A DNA stretch of 64,000 bases from Octopus sinensis (Eukaryota), in contig NC_042997.1 of assembly GCF_006345805.1 (NCBI RefSeq), positions 138,446,001-138,510,000 on the forward strand. Reading direction: 5' to 3'. Shown one piece after another: positions 12,546 through 26,394 of this stretch. Below the pieces are notes generated by a model that had not been told where the DNA came from, did no database searches, and saw only the letters and a program-made list of their open reading frames with translations. The first letter of the stretch is position 1. The number at the start of each line of letters is the position of its first letter. The position numbers were made by a program, and so were the translations under genes.

Positions 12546-13404
12546 CCCATTCTTGTAATGCATTAGACTAGCAGCAACATCTCTATTTACATTAGTTCGC
12601 AAGCAAAACTTCTGTAGAAGCTTTTGTCCAGGAGGAAAGCGTCTGTAGGCTGCTTAAGCTTAAAAAACAGTATTCAGACTAAAAGCAAAACATTTCTTAC
12701 TTACATTTTATGTTCTGAATAAAATTCTTGCAGATAAGTAAAGCTAGAAGTAAAAGTTTGTGTTGATGATGCAAGCTCTAAGTGAAACACTTATGTATTG
12801 TTAAAGTGATGTAGATATATAAATGTTGAAGCACAGAAAAAAGTACTAAGAGAACACTATAAGGAAAATGCTTAGGATTGACAAGAAGAGTATATGGAAG
12901 ATGTCCATGTTTTATACTGGCTTTCATTGAGTGTACAGTATAGGTAAAGAATTGAGTGAAACTAAGTCACTTATTTTCTGTTATTTCAGCTCTACTACCT
13001 TATTTCTTCTTCCCCTATTTTTATTGCTCTTTCTCTCTCTCTCTCATATACACATAAATGAATGGCTTCATTTTACAAATACAAAAATGATTTCTATCAA
13101 GATGGAATCACCAGATATTACTTATTTTAGCAATGCTGCAAGAAAAGAGGACAAAGTCAACTCTGGCAGAGTTTTGAATTCAAAACAGCAAAGTAAATAT
13201 GCAAGATATTATCAGGCATCTAAATTAGATTTGAGCTTATTTGGCCAAACAACAACAACAACAATAGTAAAGAAATGTGGGAAGCAAAAATGAGATAGAA
13301 AAAAAGGACAAAACTATGGTTGAATAAAGCATGACATACCCCCCCTCTAAGATTGTTGACTAAGCCATTCTCAGCTACTTATACAAGCAACAATTAATAC
13401 AGAT

Positions 13405-13625
13405 GAGTCAATTGCTCAACTTGCTAGAAAATAGTAACCAAGTCTTCATATCACAACCTACTACTTTTTGAAAAAAAAGAAAGATTCATTAAATGATGTT
13501 GTTATAAATAGAAAAAAACAAACAAACTATAAATGAAAAAAAAAGACAGTATAGTCACAACTAGAATACTAATGATCAAAGATCTACTCAATCAGAACTC
13601 ATTTTGGACTAAACAACAACAACAA
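13405..13625 (+). mobile_element. Old dispersed repeat family D ending in (AAC)n
   Basis: caacttgctagaaaatagtaacc...ggactaaacaacaac. Similar stretches near 23370-23570, 24100-24250, 36545-36775 (rev), 47825-47990 (rev) and 53150-53390. Confidence 0.5.
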
Positions 13626-13661
13626 TAACAACATCAACAACAATTAATAAGGGCTACTCAC

Positions 13662-13811
13662 TCCTTACAAGCTGCTCTGTGGGTGCAGAGCTAGGGTGTT
13701 GCTCATTGCAAAGCTGCGCATCTGACTGATCGCGACAGTGTGACCTGCCGTTACACACTAACGACTGGTCAGACTGACAGGTAGAGCCATCACAGTAGAA
13801 TGTGCACACAT
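13662..13811 (-). CDS. LDL-receptor class A (LDLa) domain exon
   Basis: Acceptor gctgtttcag|AT, donor AGG A|gtgagt, 150 nt, symmetric phase 1-1. VCTFYCDGSTCQSDQSLVCNGRSHCRDQSDAQLC matches the LDLa Cys and CxGxxxCxDxSD pattern. Confidence 0.88.
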
Positions 13812-14466
13812 CTGAAACAGCAAACACTGCCGCTTTAGTCATTCAGTAAAGACATAAAAGGGGAGACAATACATGAAGGAACAATGAGGTTTGTGTTAAC
13901 TGGGGATTTGGCACTAGAGAAGGATTGGTAATAATTGGTGCAAATACTAGCAGAGAACAATGTAGTCAATACTAAGGTAGAAATGAGGGGCTGATACCAG
14001 GGTTAAAAGGTAGTGGGTGGCTTTGTGGTTGATATGAAAGTTGAACTGTGATACAGAAATTTAGTGAAGTGGAATAAATTACTTTGAGAAGGAGAGAAAA
14101 TATTTGTAGACAGTATTGAATAGAATTATTTATTCAGTACTATCAGTAAACATTTAATCTATCTTTATATGCTAGCTCCTACCTGAAATACCAGACTTTT
14201 CTTCCTCACAGTGTGAATATTTTACACTTATTATTTGCCACTACAGATCACCACTAGTTTCCTTGGAATCTATTTCTTACCTTTGAAGTGTGGCAATTGT
14301 CTAATACAGGTACAACACTGATTTTTTTGGACACAGAAGGTCTGGAATCTTTTATAATTTGCACTAATTTATAAGCAGGACTTAAAATTTCAGTGGCTGC
14401 TGGACTAGTTTACTGGGCAGCCTTGTTTTACAATATCTTGTAGAGTGTATTATTAATAAACTTGTA

Positions 14467-14682
14467 AGGTGGTGAGCTGGCAGAATCGTTAGCATGCTGG
14501 GCAAAATGCTTAGCGACATTTCAACCCTCTTTACACTATGAATTCAAATTCTGCTGAGGTTGACTCTGCTTTTCGTTCCTTTGGGGTTGATTAAATGAAT
14601 ACCAGTTGAACACAGGAATTGAGATAATCAACTTACCCCCACCTCCCCAAATGGCTGGCCTAATGCCAAAATTTGAAACCAA
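14467..14682 (+). mobile_element. SINE family C (tRNA-derived) with 16-bp TSD
   Basis: aggtggtgagctggcagaatcgttagc...ttcaaattc...gttgactctgcttttcgttcctttggggttgattaaatgaatacc...aaatttgaaacc. TSD tattaataaacttgta at 14451-14466 and 14683-14698. The core resembles the Meta/MESC-type SINE domain (from memory, unverified). Confidence 0.85.
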
Positions 14683-15174
14683 TATTAATAAACTTGTATC
14701 ATTTACTAATGTGCACGTATTTCATTTAATTATAGAAGTAAAATTAATATTTGTTTAATTTAAACCTCAGGTTTGGGAAAATCAGTTATCTGGAAATATG
14801 TTGGAACCAAAGGTTCTGGAATATCAATGTTGTACTTGTACCAAGATAAGGAATCATAGATATCAAATCAAAGAAGAACTACACTCTGAGGCAGTTATTG
14901 ATCACAACATAAAACTGGTACAGGTATTTATATCTCTGCATACTTCAAAAAAGATATGGAGTGTGTCCCCCAAAGAAAAGTAGCTGAAAGAAAACTCAAA
15001 GGGCTATTGACATGAGTGGTGTACTGAATGCTGTATATAAAACATTTTTAATTTACAAAATTTTCTTCCAAGGAAAACAAAACCTGGCATCACTTGTTAA
15101 CAACTCTGAAGGAGGATGGGAGATAATTTCAAGAAACTTAAAAAAAATAATTCATTATTGAACCGACAAGCTTA

Positions 15175-15545
15175 TTTATGGTAGTGTAGTTGAAAAGCTT
15201 GATTCCCAACCATGTAGTCTTGGGTTCAGTCCACTGCATCACACCTTAAGCAAACACCTACCAACCCCAGGTTGAGTAAAGCTTTGCTAGTGGATTTGGT
15301 AGATAGAAACTGAAAGAAGCCTGTCATATATATATATATAAGTGTGTGTGTGTGTTTATGTTTGTCCTCCATCTCTGCTTGATAACCAGTGCTGATTTGT
15401 TTACATTTCTGTAACTTAGCAGTTTGGCAAAAAGAGACTGCTAGAATAAGTACCTGGTTTAGAAAAAAAAATGTACTAGGATTGAGTTGGTTGACTAAAC
15501 CCTTCAAGGTGGTACTCCAGCATGGTCACAGTCCAATGATAAAAG
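15175..15545 (+). mobile_element. SINE family A, older copy
   Basis: cccaaccatgtagtcttgggttcagtcc...gaaactgaaagaagcctgtc...ctccagcatgg. Confidence 0.75.
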
Positions 15546-18426
15546 GTGTAGTGTATGAGGAGTTTATTATAGTGTGCAAACTTATATATATATTGGAGCA
15601 GGGGAGCAAAATGAGGCTTCTAAATATTGAGATTTTAAGATTTAAACTATTACAATAAAAAATTTAAAATATGATGGTTGACAAAGCATTTAAATATAAA
15701 GGTAAAAATGAAAATGGAAGTATGAAGGGAAAAGAGGCAGACATAAGAGAAGAGAAAGAAAGGGATGTAAAGAGGAGATAAAGCTGAGTTAAGTAAGGTA
15801 TCATTATCCTTATCAGAAGCCAACAGAAACATTGGTATAAATATTAATAGGTCTGCCAGTCACATTCTTGTAGCTCTTAAGAATTTAGTAAATGTTATTA
15901 ATCACATTTCTAGTGTTTCATTATATAAAGTTTGTAACTGTGCATTATCCTACTACAACAATGCCTTAAAAGAAAGTGATTTATTTGGGAAAAAACAATA
16001 TATTTCTCCCTATAATAATTCATAAAGCCTTGACAATCACCATGCGAAAGTAACATAACTTGGTTTAACCCTCCATGTAAACTTGCTGTGGCATTATATA
16101 TTGCAAAAGTTTCCTTAAAACCTGTACTGAGATACTTTCTAATTTGTTACAAGCACCAGTAAATGTTTGGTAAAAACTTTCTGAAATATCAACTATAATT
16201 GTACAAGCAACAAAAAAGATATGGTTTTTGGTTTTAAAAATAATATAATTGTACTAGTTCAACTCATGCCTCAGCATAGATTTGGTATATTGCACTTCGA
16301 TGAAAGTGGCAGATATCAAACAATGTTCTTTAGTATCAACAGAACATACCTTTAAGAGTAAATACATACACAACATATTTTTAAGCCCATGGAGAAAATG
16401 AACACTACTCCTCTTTCACAGCATGTCGGGAAACTAAAAGACATGGTTAGTGGTCAAATCATATTTCGCAGCATCTGGATTGTGCTGCTTGTGAGAAATT
16501 CTTCATATTGTCAGAACCGCCCTAGCATCATCTTCTATCACTCTACCACTCTTTTGTATGGGGGTTTTGGTACCAGATCTGTCTGTTTCCTATACTTTTA
16601 AACACTGCCCTTCTTTGCTTTCAGCTATTACTCTCTTTCTCTCCAACATGTCACTCTGTATTGACATCCACTGCTTTTTCTTACCATCAGCCATCACTAT
16701 TGTCTATCTCGTTTTCTTTTACAATCACCCATCTTTATCGCTTTCCTTCAATCGTCTTTCTCTCAATATTCTTCTGTCTAATAATGTCACTCACGTCTTT
16801 TTACTACTATTGAATACTACAAAAAAACAAACAAACAAAAAAGCCCAAAAAAAGAAACATAAAAGGTTACTTATCATTGTCACTTTTCCACTGCTTCTCT
16901 CTACCATAGTCTTGCAATTATTCCTTTGTTTCTCTCATCATACTATACTATCTTCTTTGATGCTTCCCCCCCACTCCATCACACACACACACACACACAC
17001 AGTCTATTTATCTATGTCAGCTCTCTCTTTCTCTCTATGTCACTTCTCTTCTATTCACCATTTCAATCTTCTTTGTAAAGGAAAACCAGAAAGGTACAAA
17101 TGCAGCTGAAATATCAATACATTTTCATAACTTTTTGCCTGTAAAATACTCTTACAAGAGTGCTCTTTTCTTCCTAATCTCTTTTTACTTTGATATATTA
17201 TTAATCTAAACAATACCTTTGACATCATCATAATTTTAACATTCACTTTTTTATGGTTACATGGATCAGGCCAAATTTGTTGAGGCAGGTTGTCTACAGC
17301 TGGATGTCCTTCCTGTTGCCAACCCTCACCTATTACCAAGTAAGGTGATATTTTCATGTCAAGGCACGGAGACAGTAACACACACACATGCACAATTCTC
17401 CTATACTTCATCATCGTTTAATGTTCACTTTTCATGTTGGCATGGGTTGGAAGATTTGACAAGAGCTGGAAGATGGCATCAAGATCTACTGTCTACTTTA
17501 GCATGCTTGGTATGGCTAAATGCCCTGCCTAATACTAATTAGTTTACAAAGTGTACTGGGTGCTTTTTTATGTGACAGCAGCACTAGTGAAGTCATCATA
17601 TATATATTTGTTTGTGATGGGCTTCTTTCATTTTCCATCTACCAAAGCCATTCACAAGGCCTGGGGCTATAGAAAAAGATACTTGCCCAAGGTGCCATGC
17701 AATGGGATTGAAACTTGAAACCATGTTATTGAGAAGCAAACTTCTTATCACACAACCATGCCAGCCGACTGGCATCCAGCTGTAAGTCACTACCTCAAAA
17801 AAGTTGTTTCATCTAACCCATGCCAGCATAGAAATATAAGTACTTTTAGTTAGTATTTACTTTTTTAATTTCTTTTCATCTTAGCCAAATTTATATTTCA
17901 ACACATCACTCTAAACATGAATTTATTTTCATATTTACTGAGGCCTTTGATAAAATACTTTACGAAAAATTAAAAAAAATCTTTGCTATCTTTGCTACAA
18001 AAAAAAAAAAAAATCTTTGGTATGTTGGTGGAAGCTTTATTTTCATTATTTTTGTTTATTGTCTAGCCTCAGGTTAGTGTCCTGACTGAGCAGTCTTATG
18101 ATGAAAGGCATTCCATCAATGTTCTATTTCAAGACAGCAGGGTGTTATTTGACTGCTATTTCTAGCTGCTTGAGTGATCATAGAGAAGTCTGCTTATTGG
18201 TTGGTATTACATTATTAATATATGTGAATTTATCTTTTCACCATGAGAAAATACAGCACTCAAGAACCCTTTTCAGAGTCCCTGTAACAGATGGGAAGAT
18301 GGGAATGTAGTATCCTTGTCTGAATGATTGCAACAAATTGGATTCCATCCAGCATTAAATAGACAATGCATACCTATTTAGATATAGTATATACCACTGC
18401 TGGTGAATATATAATTCTGTCAATAT

Positions 18427-18578
18427 AGTTCTATATTTAAGAGATGAGGAATTATGCACGTTATTTACATTATTTACATTTGACGGATATTTGTCCTCAT
18501 CTTGTTTGTTGTTAACAAACCGAAACGTTGTATTAATAACAAACAAGATGAGGACAAATATCCGTCGAATTTAAATAA
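18427..18578. mobile_element. Fold-back (head-to-head) pair of 3' ends of the hammerhead SINE family
   Basis: Left arm is the reverse-complement tail (gagatgaggaattatg...tgacggatatttgtcctcatcttgtttgttgttaac). Right arm is ccgaaacgttgtattaataacaaacaagatgaggacaaatatccgtc. Confidence 0.75.
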
Positions 18579-18843
18579 GGTAAATGCTGTACAATTCTGC
18601 TGATATTTTTTATCTTTTACTTGTTTCAGCTATTAGACTGCAGCCATGCTGGGGCACCGCCTTGAATTTTTATTCGAATGAATCAATCCCAGGATTTATT
18701 TTTTTTAAAGACTGATACATAGCCTATCGATTTCTTTTACCAAACTGTTAAGTTATGGGGACATAAATATACCAACACTAGTTGTCAAACAGTGGTGGGG
18801 GATGAACACAAGGACATACAGATATATATATATATATATGTAT

Positions 18844-19150
18844 GGAGGCACAATGGCCCAGTGGTTAGGGCAGCAGACTCGCGGTCGGAGGATCGCGGTT
18901 TCAATTCCCAAACCGGGTGTTGTGTGTGATTATTAAGCAAAAACACCTAAAAGCACCACGAGGCTCTGGCAAGGGGTGGTGGCAAGCCCTGTTGTACTCT
19001 TTCACCGCAACTTTCTCCCACTCGCTCTTCCTGTTTCTTGAGTAACACTGCGATGGACTGGCGTCCCGTCCAGCAGGGGGGAACACATACGCCACAGAAA
19101 CCGGGTCCATGAGCCTGGCTAGGCTTGAAAAGGGCGATGTTTATCGTTTT
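18844..19150 (+). mobile_element. tRNA-derived SINE with V-domain-like core
   Basis: A box TGGCCCAGTGG and B box GGTTTCAATTCCC. Core gcgatggactggcgtcccgtccag resembles the V-SINE central domain (from memory). Confidence 0.8.
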
Positions 19151-19816
19151 TATATATACATGTACAACACACACATACATATATGTACAACAGGCTATCA
19201 AATTCACTCACAAGGCTTTGTCCCAAGGTGCCACAGTGGGACTGAACCTAGAACTATTTGTTAGGAAGCAAAAGCAAGCTTCTTACCATGCAGTCATGCT
19301 TACCACTTAATATAATGCTAACATTAGAATGTGTTCATTACTTTGAAAACAACATAATCACAACCCATAAAGTAGGCAGTAGTAATTTAACCCAAGCTCA
19401 TCAATGGTTGAGAATACCTATGATCAAAGTTATTCCAAATATGACCTCATGCTTTTATATTCCAAGGACAAAATATCCAGTATGTGTATATCCTCTATTT
19501 AAGACGGTAGGGTGCAATATAAGGGAAATTTGGTGTCTATTCCTAGCAAGTTGGTTGACCTCCAAAAGGTTCTCATATTGACTCAAGCTCTTAGTGGGTT
19601 TTATGAATTTGTACAGCAATACCCTTTTCACTGTTAGCTGTTGGGATACTACATCCTTCAAAAGGCTTCCATGCCTCTTGAAATTCTCCAAGAATACATC
19701 CCATGCGTCCCACCCTCGATTTTTTTAAAGACTTATTCCCTGTTCACTTTCTGTGCATTTATTATATACAGTTCATGCAGTTTTGGTTTTATGATGAGTT
19801 ATAGAGCACCCAAACA

Positions 19817-20243
19817 CTGTGCAACCAAACGCATACCCTCCATCAGACACCTACCATATTCTGAGCGCCTTGTTTCCCTGGGCATGGATTCACTGAAGCT
19901 CCGGCGTCTGGCGACGGACTTGGTAAACACCCACAAAGTTATCAACCACCTCACCAACAACACTGAACACCTTTTTGATCTCCATGTGTCTAACACACGT
20001 GGACATGCCTACAAAGTCAGAAAACAACACAGCTCCCATGACTTTTGGAAACATTTTTTCACGCTCAGAGTTGCTGAAGCATGGAATAAACTGCCTGCGT
20101 CAGTTGTTGACTGCCATGACACTGCATCCTTTAAGGCCCTCATGCTTTCCGAAATCCGCCGAAACTACACCTGATTATATATACACTTTAGATGAGTTGT
20201 AGTGCACCTGAGCACTATACACAATTATTATTATTATTATTAT
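19817..20243 (+). mobile_element. CR1-clade LINE, 5'-truncated 3' fragment
   Basis: ATKRIPSIRHLPYSERLVSLGMDSLKLRR...SNTRGHAYKVRK...KHFFTLRVAEAWNKLP matches the CR1 ORF2 C-terminus (TRGH...FFSxRVxxxWNxLP). Short 3' UTR and (ATT)n tail. Confidence 0.85.
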
Positions 20244-20983
20244 ACAATAAATTCTTAATATCTTTTACATGCTAATTCTTTTGTCATTATAAATGAAGGC
20301 TTCATATGTTGATAGCTAAATTCTCCCAATAAGAGAGTCTGTACAGAGTAAAGAATATATATTTAATACATGCAAAAATAAATTGCTCTAATAACTTTAT
20401 TAAAATTCATTTTAAAAGTTGTTAGTGAATCACACAAAGCTTGAAAATTAACTAAATGAAAATTAAAAAGATTTTAAAAATTACTATGATGAAATTTATA
20501 AAGAACAGCATATTTAATCTTGCATTGGTTAAATTAGCACTAATTGAGGTTGCATACATAATGTAGGTTTAAATTTTGGGTAGTCAATAAACGAAGATAT
20601 TTCGAAGATGCAATTACAACTAGGAAACCACTGAATTTACTCATTATCAGAAGCAAAAATCTGCTTTTTGGTAAAGTTTAGAGATTAAAACCTGCATTTT
20701 CAGTCCAACACAAAATATGTTGGTTTTGAATTCACTCTATTGCTGAGTACCCAGAAATCCCTACATAGCAACAAGACTGCGAAATGACAGCTTATGAATA
20801 CCTCAAAGGCCTAGCACATAGATATATAGATGTAAAATGTTTAAAGTGTTTGTATGTGTTGAATTTCAATGCTTGATCAAACACCGTTGTTATTGCTCTG
20901 GTGGGAGAGGGTCGATTTAATCAACTTAGCCCTTCTCCCAAAATTGCTGGCCTTGTACCAAAATTTGAAATCATCATTATTAT

Positions 20984-21380
20984 TGCATGAGAGAGCAGTG
21001 CATGACAGAGGTACAAATATACGAAACCCAATATACCGATCCGATAAGGGTACACCTGAACAGCATAAGACCTTGCAGGTGGGGCCCAGTTAGAATTTTT
21101 TCAGGTTGAGTAGCCCATCATGCTCAAAAGGTCCTTGAATAAGGGTTGTTTAAGGATGTTGAGTGAAACACCCATGTTTCCAGAGGTGATTTATTCAAAC
21201 CCTAAAGAATTCCTCTCAACATATGGCTATGATGTTCCCCAACTACTACTCAGAGATGCACATATTGTCAGTCTCAACTGGTTAAGGTGAAAAAACTGAC
21301 AAGCAAATCTGTGGTATTGAGCAGAATATTTGTTATCACCCATCTCTTTTACACCAAGACAAAACATGTACATGATGACA
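20984..21380 (+). mobile_element. Dispersed repeat family F
   Basis: gcatgagagagcag...gcaggtggggcccagttagaatt...aataagggttgtttaaggatg. Reverse copy at 46985-47515. Confidence 0.75.
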
Positions 21381-21568
21381 CTTCCATGAAATTAGTATTT
21401 GTTGATGTCAATGACAAGCACCCCTTTAACAAACTAAGCTGACCCATATTTTAGGGACTAAATTCAGTGCTCAAACTTGCAGCAGCCTGACTGAAGCTTT
21501 GATTATCGAAAAGGGAGCATACTTGTAACTTCTGCATGTCCTAGACTACAATGATTGTGATCATCATC

Positions 21569-21845
21569 CGCATCATGATTTAATGTCCATTTCCCATGCT
21601 GGCATGGGTTGGATGGTTTGAGTGAGGACTGGCAAGCCAGAAGGCTGCACCAGGCTCCAATCTCATCTGGCAAGGTTTCTACAGCTGGATGCCCTTCCTA
21701 ACACCAACCACTCTAACAGCGTAGTAGGTGCTTTTTATGTGCCACTAGTATGGGAGCCAGTCAGGCAGCACTGGCATCAACTACGTTTAGACGGTTCTTT
21801 TTATGTGCCATTGGCACAGGAGCCAGTCAGGGGGTACTGGCATCA
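21569..21845 (-). mobile_element. SINE-like family B copy
   Basis: Same body as 12225-12545, with two gtgcc/ccagtcagg units. Confidence 0.75.
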
Positions 21846-24510
21846 GTCTGAATATCTGAATTGATGTCTAGTGAAGGAATTCCCCAAGTTCGTGTAGGAA
21901 CTTGAAGGCAAGAGGAAAGATATGGGAGCCTGATTGGAGGGTAGGATATCCCAAAAGCTAGTACAGATGAGAAGCTTCTGTTGTAGCAGCAATATGAGAG
22001 AGAGAGGGGGGGAATAACAAATGCCTGTGGACTAAAAGGTTGCTTGTGGGAGCAGTTTGGTTGGCCTTGTTTTTGATGTGGTCTAGCATGTAGTGGCAGC
22101 ATTGTCTCAGATATCCATTAAAGTAAATCCATTAAGCATTCCATGATCCATCAGCTAAGGACTCCTTAACTAACAACACTGTTACCATATCACTTATCTG
22201 TATTTTAGTGTTCACTACCACCTCTACCAATACTTCTACTCATCTCCCCCCCCCCACATCAAATCAGTCCCAATTCTTTCCCTATCAATTATCTCCCTGT
22301 AGAAAAGAATTTGCCTTCATAGTTGTCTCCCTTACACCAATTCAATAATGGGATTCACGTGCATAGTCATAGCTCTAAAGGACTACATCTTTCACTGCAA
22401 ATTTTCTTTGGTGAGCTTAATGAAAAAAAAAACCAAAAACTTTCTAGAATACACTCTCCTATAGAGAAAATATTTCAAGGAATGTTTTAGGCGATAGGTT
22501 TCAGTGTTGGAAGGATTTCAGCCAATTTTTATGGAAGCAGACATTGCACCAGACAACAATAAAATAGATAAATAAAAAAAGACTGTACTCTTAAATTGAA
22601 AAAAAAAAAATATATACAAAACTTTGCTGCCAAATAAGAATGACTCATTATATGTATTAGGTGTGGCGTAATAAAATATGTGGTTCTACTGTTTGTAGTC
22701 AACATAAATTAGATATCACTATTTGATAGAATTTCTACTCTGCTTCTTCTCTTAGTATCTGTCTCACAACCCTATAAATGATTACACAGGAATGTAGGAC
22801 TAATTTGAAATATGCAATGAGTGTGGGCTCTGTAATGAGACAAGTTTGTTCATGTTATTCTACTCTGTTATTCTGTTGCTGGACAATTCTATATCAACAC
22901 TGGAATTCACTAAAACTGCTTAGATTCTGAGTAGTTTGTTGCATGCACTAACCACTGAGTCTTTTTCTGCGTTCTTACCAACTTTTATAATAAAGCAGTG
23001 AATTGTTAATGCTTCCCCTCACAGCCCCGAACATAATGCAGTGGTTATCTTTGCTTATAGAGACTGCCACTACCAAATCAGTAACTACAAAGGATCTTCT
23101 ATGAAGTTGCTTCACATGTTAGGAACAACAGACAAAATCTATTTCAAATCATTCTCCACCCCATACTCTCAGAAAAAAAAAGGACACTTCAAATAATGTA
23201 ATCTTTAATATGCAGTTGGAATACTTTTGCTCATGGTAGTCTGGTCAATCAGAACTGACCCAGACCTAAATATCAGCAGCAACAACCTGTGACTACTTCA
23301 CAAGTACAGCCAATACAGAACACTATAAATACCTCTGCACAGCTACAATAAACTCAAACCAATGAAGGGAGCCCCCTACTTGGTTGTGTCATACACTAGA
23401 AATAGCAGTCAAATTTCCAACATATTACATCTTATTGCTTAAAAAAAAGAAAGGATAGGTTGGGTAATGTAGTGCAGAGTATGCAGTTTCTGAAAAATAA
23501 AAACAGGATAGTGATGACATAAACACCTTTTCATCATGGGCTTGCTAGATTGAGGCAAACAATCATAATTTCAGATGTTTTTTTTTCCTACACTATTAAT
23601 TCACTGCAACCTCTACTTTAGACACCTTTGGACACTAGAACCTCTACCAGATATCTCTGCACCTCTACACTAATCACAACTGTTACACTATCCACCACTA
23701 CTATAATCACTCACCTATTCACAGCCAGATACATGGGGCACAGAGTTAAATACAATAGCAAGGGAACAACAGTAACTATATGCTGCCAACAACAGAATGT
23801 AAACCCATGTCTCTTTAACCAATCACTGTACACTGTATCTACTTGGCTATTCTCCATTCTATACTGTAATGCTGTATGTTCTCCACAGTATCACGCCATA
23901 CTTACCACCTTAGCATGCTAGCTAGCACAGTTGTCATAAAAATACCACCATAGCTCATGTCAAAGGTTGCCAATCAGTTGTCAATTATTCATAAAGAGAA
24001 GAAGGCTGGTATGTTTGGTGGAGATATTAAGTATGAGTATTAAAACAGAGTAAAATTAAGTGGGCAAACTAAGAAATTAATGTAGATGCCACTGTATAGT
24101 TGATCAACTTGCAAGAAATAGCAGCCAAATTTCCCTCAAATCATAGCCAGACAAGTCTTAGAAAAGCAGAGTGGTTGTGGTTAGAATTGCCTTTGATAAT
24201 AGGTTTGCTCAGTTTAGGTTAACCTGGAGCTAAACAACAGCACCAAGAAACAACAGAATAAATTTGAGCTATTTAAGTCAGTTTTACAAAAGTACTCTTC
24301 CGTATGTTTTGGGGGTGAGGGGAGGGAAGGCAAATTATTTTAGTCAAACAGAAGGTAATTTTTTTGCATACAGTGCAGGAATGACTGTCTGGTTAAGAAG
24401 TTTGCTTCTCAACTCCATGTTTTTGCATTCAGTCCCACCATGTGGCAACTTGGGTATCTTCCATTATAGACCTGGGCAGATCAAAGCCTGGATTTGCGAG
24501 ACAAACTGAA

Positions 24511-24541
<31 letters not shown>

Positions 24542-25223
24542 GTGTGTATATTTATGTTTGTATGTCTGTGTGTTTTTATGAGGGAGTTCATATTTCCCCC
24601 CATCTTCGTTTGTATTTGCTGATTGTAGACAATCAAAGCAGTGTTGCTCATGCAGATGGTCCCATTTGTGTGCAGTCTACCAAGAAAACATATCAAAACA
24701 TGTTCTTGACACGTTGTATGATCTTTGTAAATGAAAGAGGAGAATCATTGAGCATCATTTGTTTCCAGTTTTCTGTGTGACCATGACCAGGCTGTTATTT
24801 GAAAGACTGGGAAATTATTAACTTGACTTGGGTACAGGTGGGGGTTAGCATCAGGAAGGACATCCAGCTGTAGAAAACCCTGCCCCAAAATACTCTCATC
24901 TAACCCATGCAAGCATAGAACAGTAGATGTTAAAAATGATGATTATAATGATTTTCTTATGGCATCTCATCAGGTATGTCCTTCTTTTAAGATATTTGCC
25001 TGAACTAGTCCTGTAGCAAAATCATACTGGAGCTTAATACATCATCAATCATGTATTCTGATCTCAAAATTTCAACAAGGGTGCCTTTCAGGGCTGATAA
25101 AATAAGGACCATTTGAACATTGAGGTTAATATAATTGACTTAACTCTCTCATAAAATTGCTGGCCTTATGCCAAAATTCAAAACCATAATAATAATAATA
25201 TTATTATTATTATTAGTGATGAT

Positions 25224-25812
25224 TGCATAGCCGCACTCCTTCAATCATGTAGGCAACGCAGTTTTCCTTTGTCTGGTGGCTGCGGCAAAAGAGGTTGTTT
25301 GGTGGACAAAGCTGAAAGGTATGAGGACAGACACATTCTTCTTTGGTAGAGCTCTCATTGATTTTTTCAAGTTTCACTTGAAAAGGAAATTGAGAGTAGA
25401 GAGGGAAGTGCTATCCTTGAGTGAGTTTATTGGAAAGTGGGTGAATGTTGTGAAAATGGCAAGAGTGGATGGTACCTCTCTAAGTGTAGACTTGTGAGTC
25501 AGAGAGAAGGAATTGGAGAGGGCACTTGCTCTTGGTGTTCAGGGAAATCTCGGACAGTGGGGTCCCTGGTTATCCCTGGAGGCGTTCCTGTATCAGGAGG
25601 ACCACATCTCTATCATCCTCTCCACACCCCGCTTTTTAACCTTTGTATGGTATGCCTATGTCTCTTCTTTTCCAGTGTATACTGTGTATACCTCTTTTTT
25701 TCTTATCATTTCATTATTATATGTAAACATCCCACACTTTATGTCTGTCTCTGTATTGTCCCCCTCATCCTTCACCCCTGTGGCAAATAAATGAAATCAT
25801 TATTATTATTAC
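25224..25812 (+). mobile_element. Tx1/L1-like LINE 3' fragment
   Basis: FLCLVAAAKEVVWWTKLK...FFKFHLKRKLRVEREVLSLSEFIGKW resembles the Tx1-type ORF2 C-terminus (AKxxxW...FxxW). ~300-nt 3' UTR ending aataaatgaaat(catt/att)n. Confidence 0.6.
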
Positions 25813-26005
25813 TATGATAGCAAGGTGGCAGAATTCTTAGCATGCTAGGCAAAATGCTTAGTGGCATTTCATTTGTCCATACTTGGTTGACTCTCCTTTC
25901 ATCCTTTCAGGGTCGATAAATTAAGTACCAATGAAACACTGGAGTTGAGAAATTTCAGGCCTGTGCCTTTAGTAGAAAGGATAGTTATTATCATTATTAT
26001 TACTG

Positions 26006-26394
26006 TTTTACTTGTTTCAGTCATTTGACTGCGGCCATGCTGGAGCACCGCCTTTAGTCGAGCAAATCGACCCCAGGACTTATTCTTTGTAAGCCCAGTA
26101 CTTATTCTATCAGTCTCTTTTGCCAAACCGCTAAGTAACGGGGACATAAACACACCAGCATCGGTTGTCAAGCAATGCTAGGGGGACAAACACAGACACA
26201 CAAACACACATACATATATATATATATACATATATACGACAGGCTTCTTTCAGTTTCCGTCTACCAAATCCACTCACAAGGCATTGGTCAGCCCGGGGCT
26301 ATAGCAGAAGACACTTGCCCAAGATGCCACGCAGTGGGACTGAACCCGGAACCATGTGGTTGGTAAACAAGCTACTTACCACACAGCCACTCCT
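26006..26394 (-). mobile_element. SINE family A (tRNA-derived), young copy
   Basis: Reverse complement of aggagtggctgtgtggtaag...ccgggttcagtcc (A/B boxes)...atgactgaaacaagtaaaa, with an internal microsatellite. Confidence 0.9.

Noticed and set aside
14282-14400. Strong minus-strand donor AAG|gtaaga at 14281 with an upstream open frame
   Set aside because: The open frame ends in phase 0, incompatible with the LDLa exon, and the acceptor lacks a pyrimidine tract.
18844-18915. tRNA-like sequence (also the heads at 8530-8599, 28205 and 54480-54550)
   Set aside because: No complete acceptor or T stem, and each continues into a multicopy SINE body, so these are SINE heads rather than tRNA genes.
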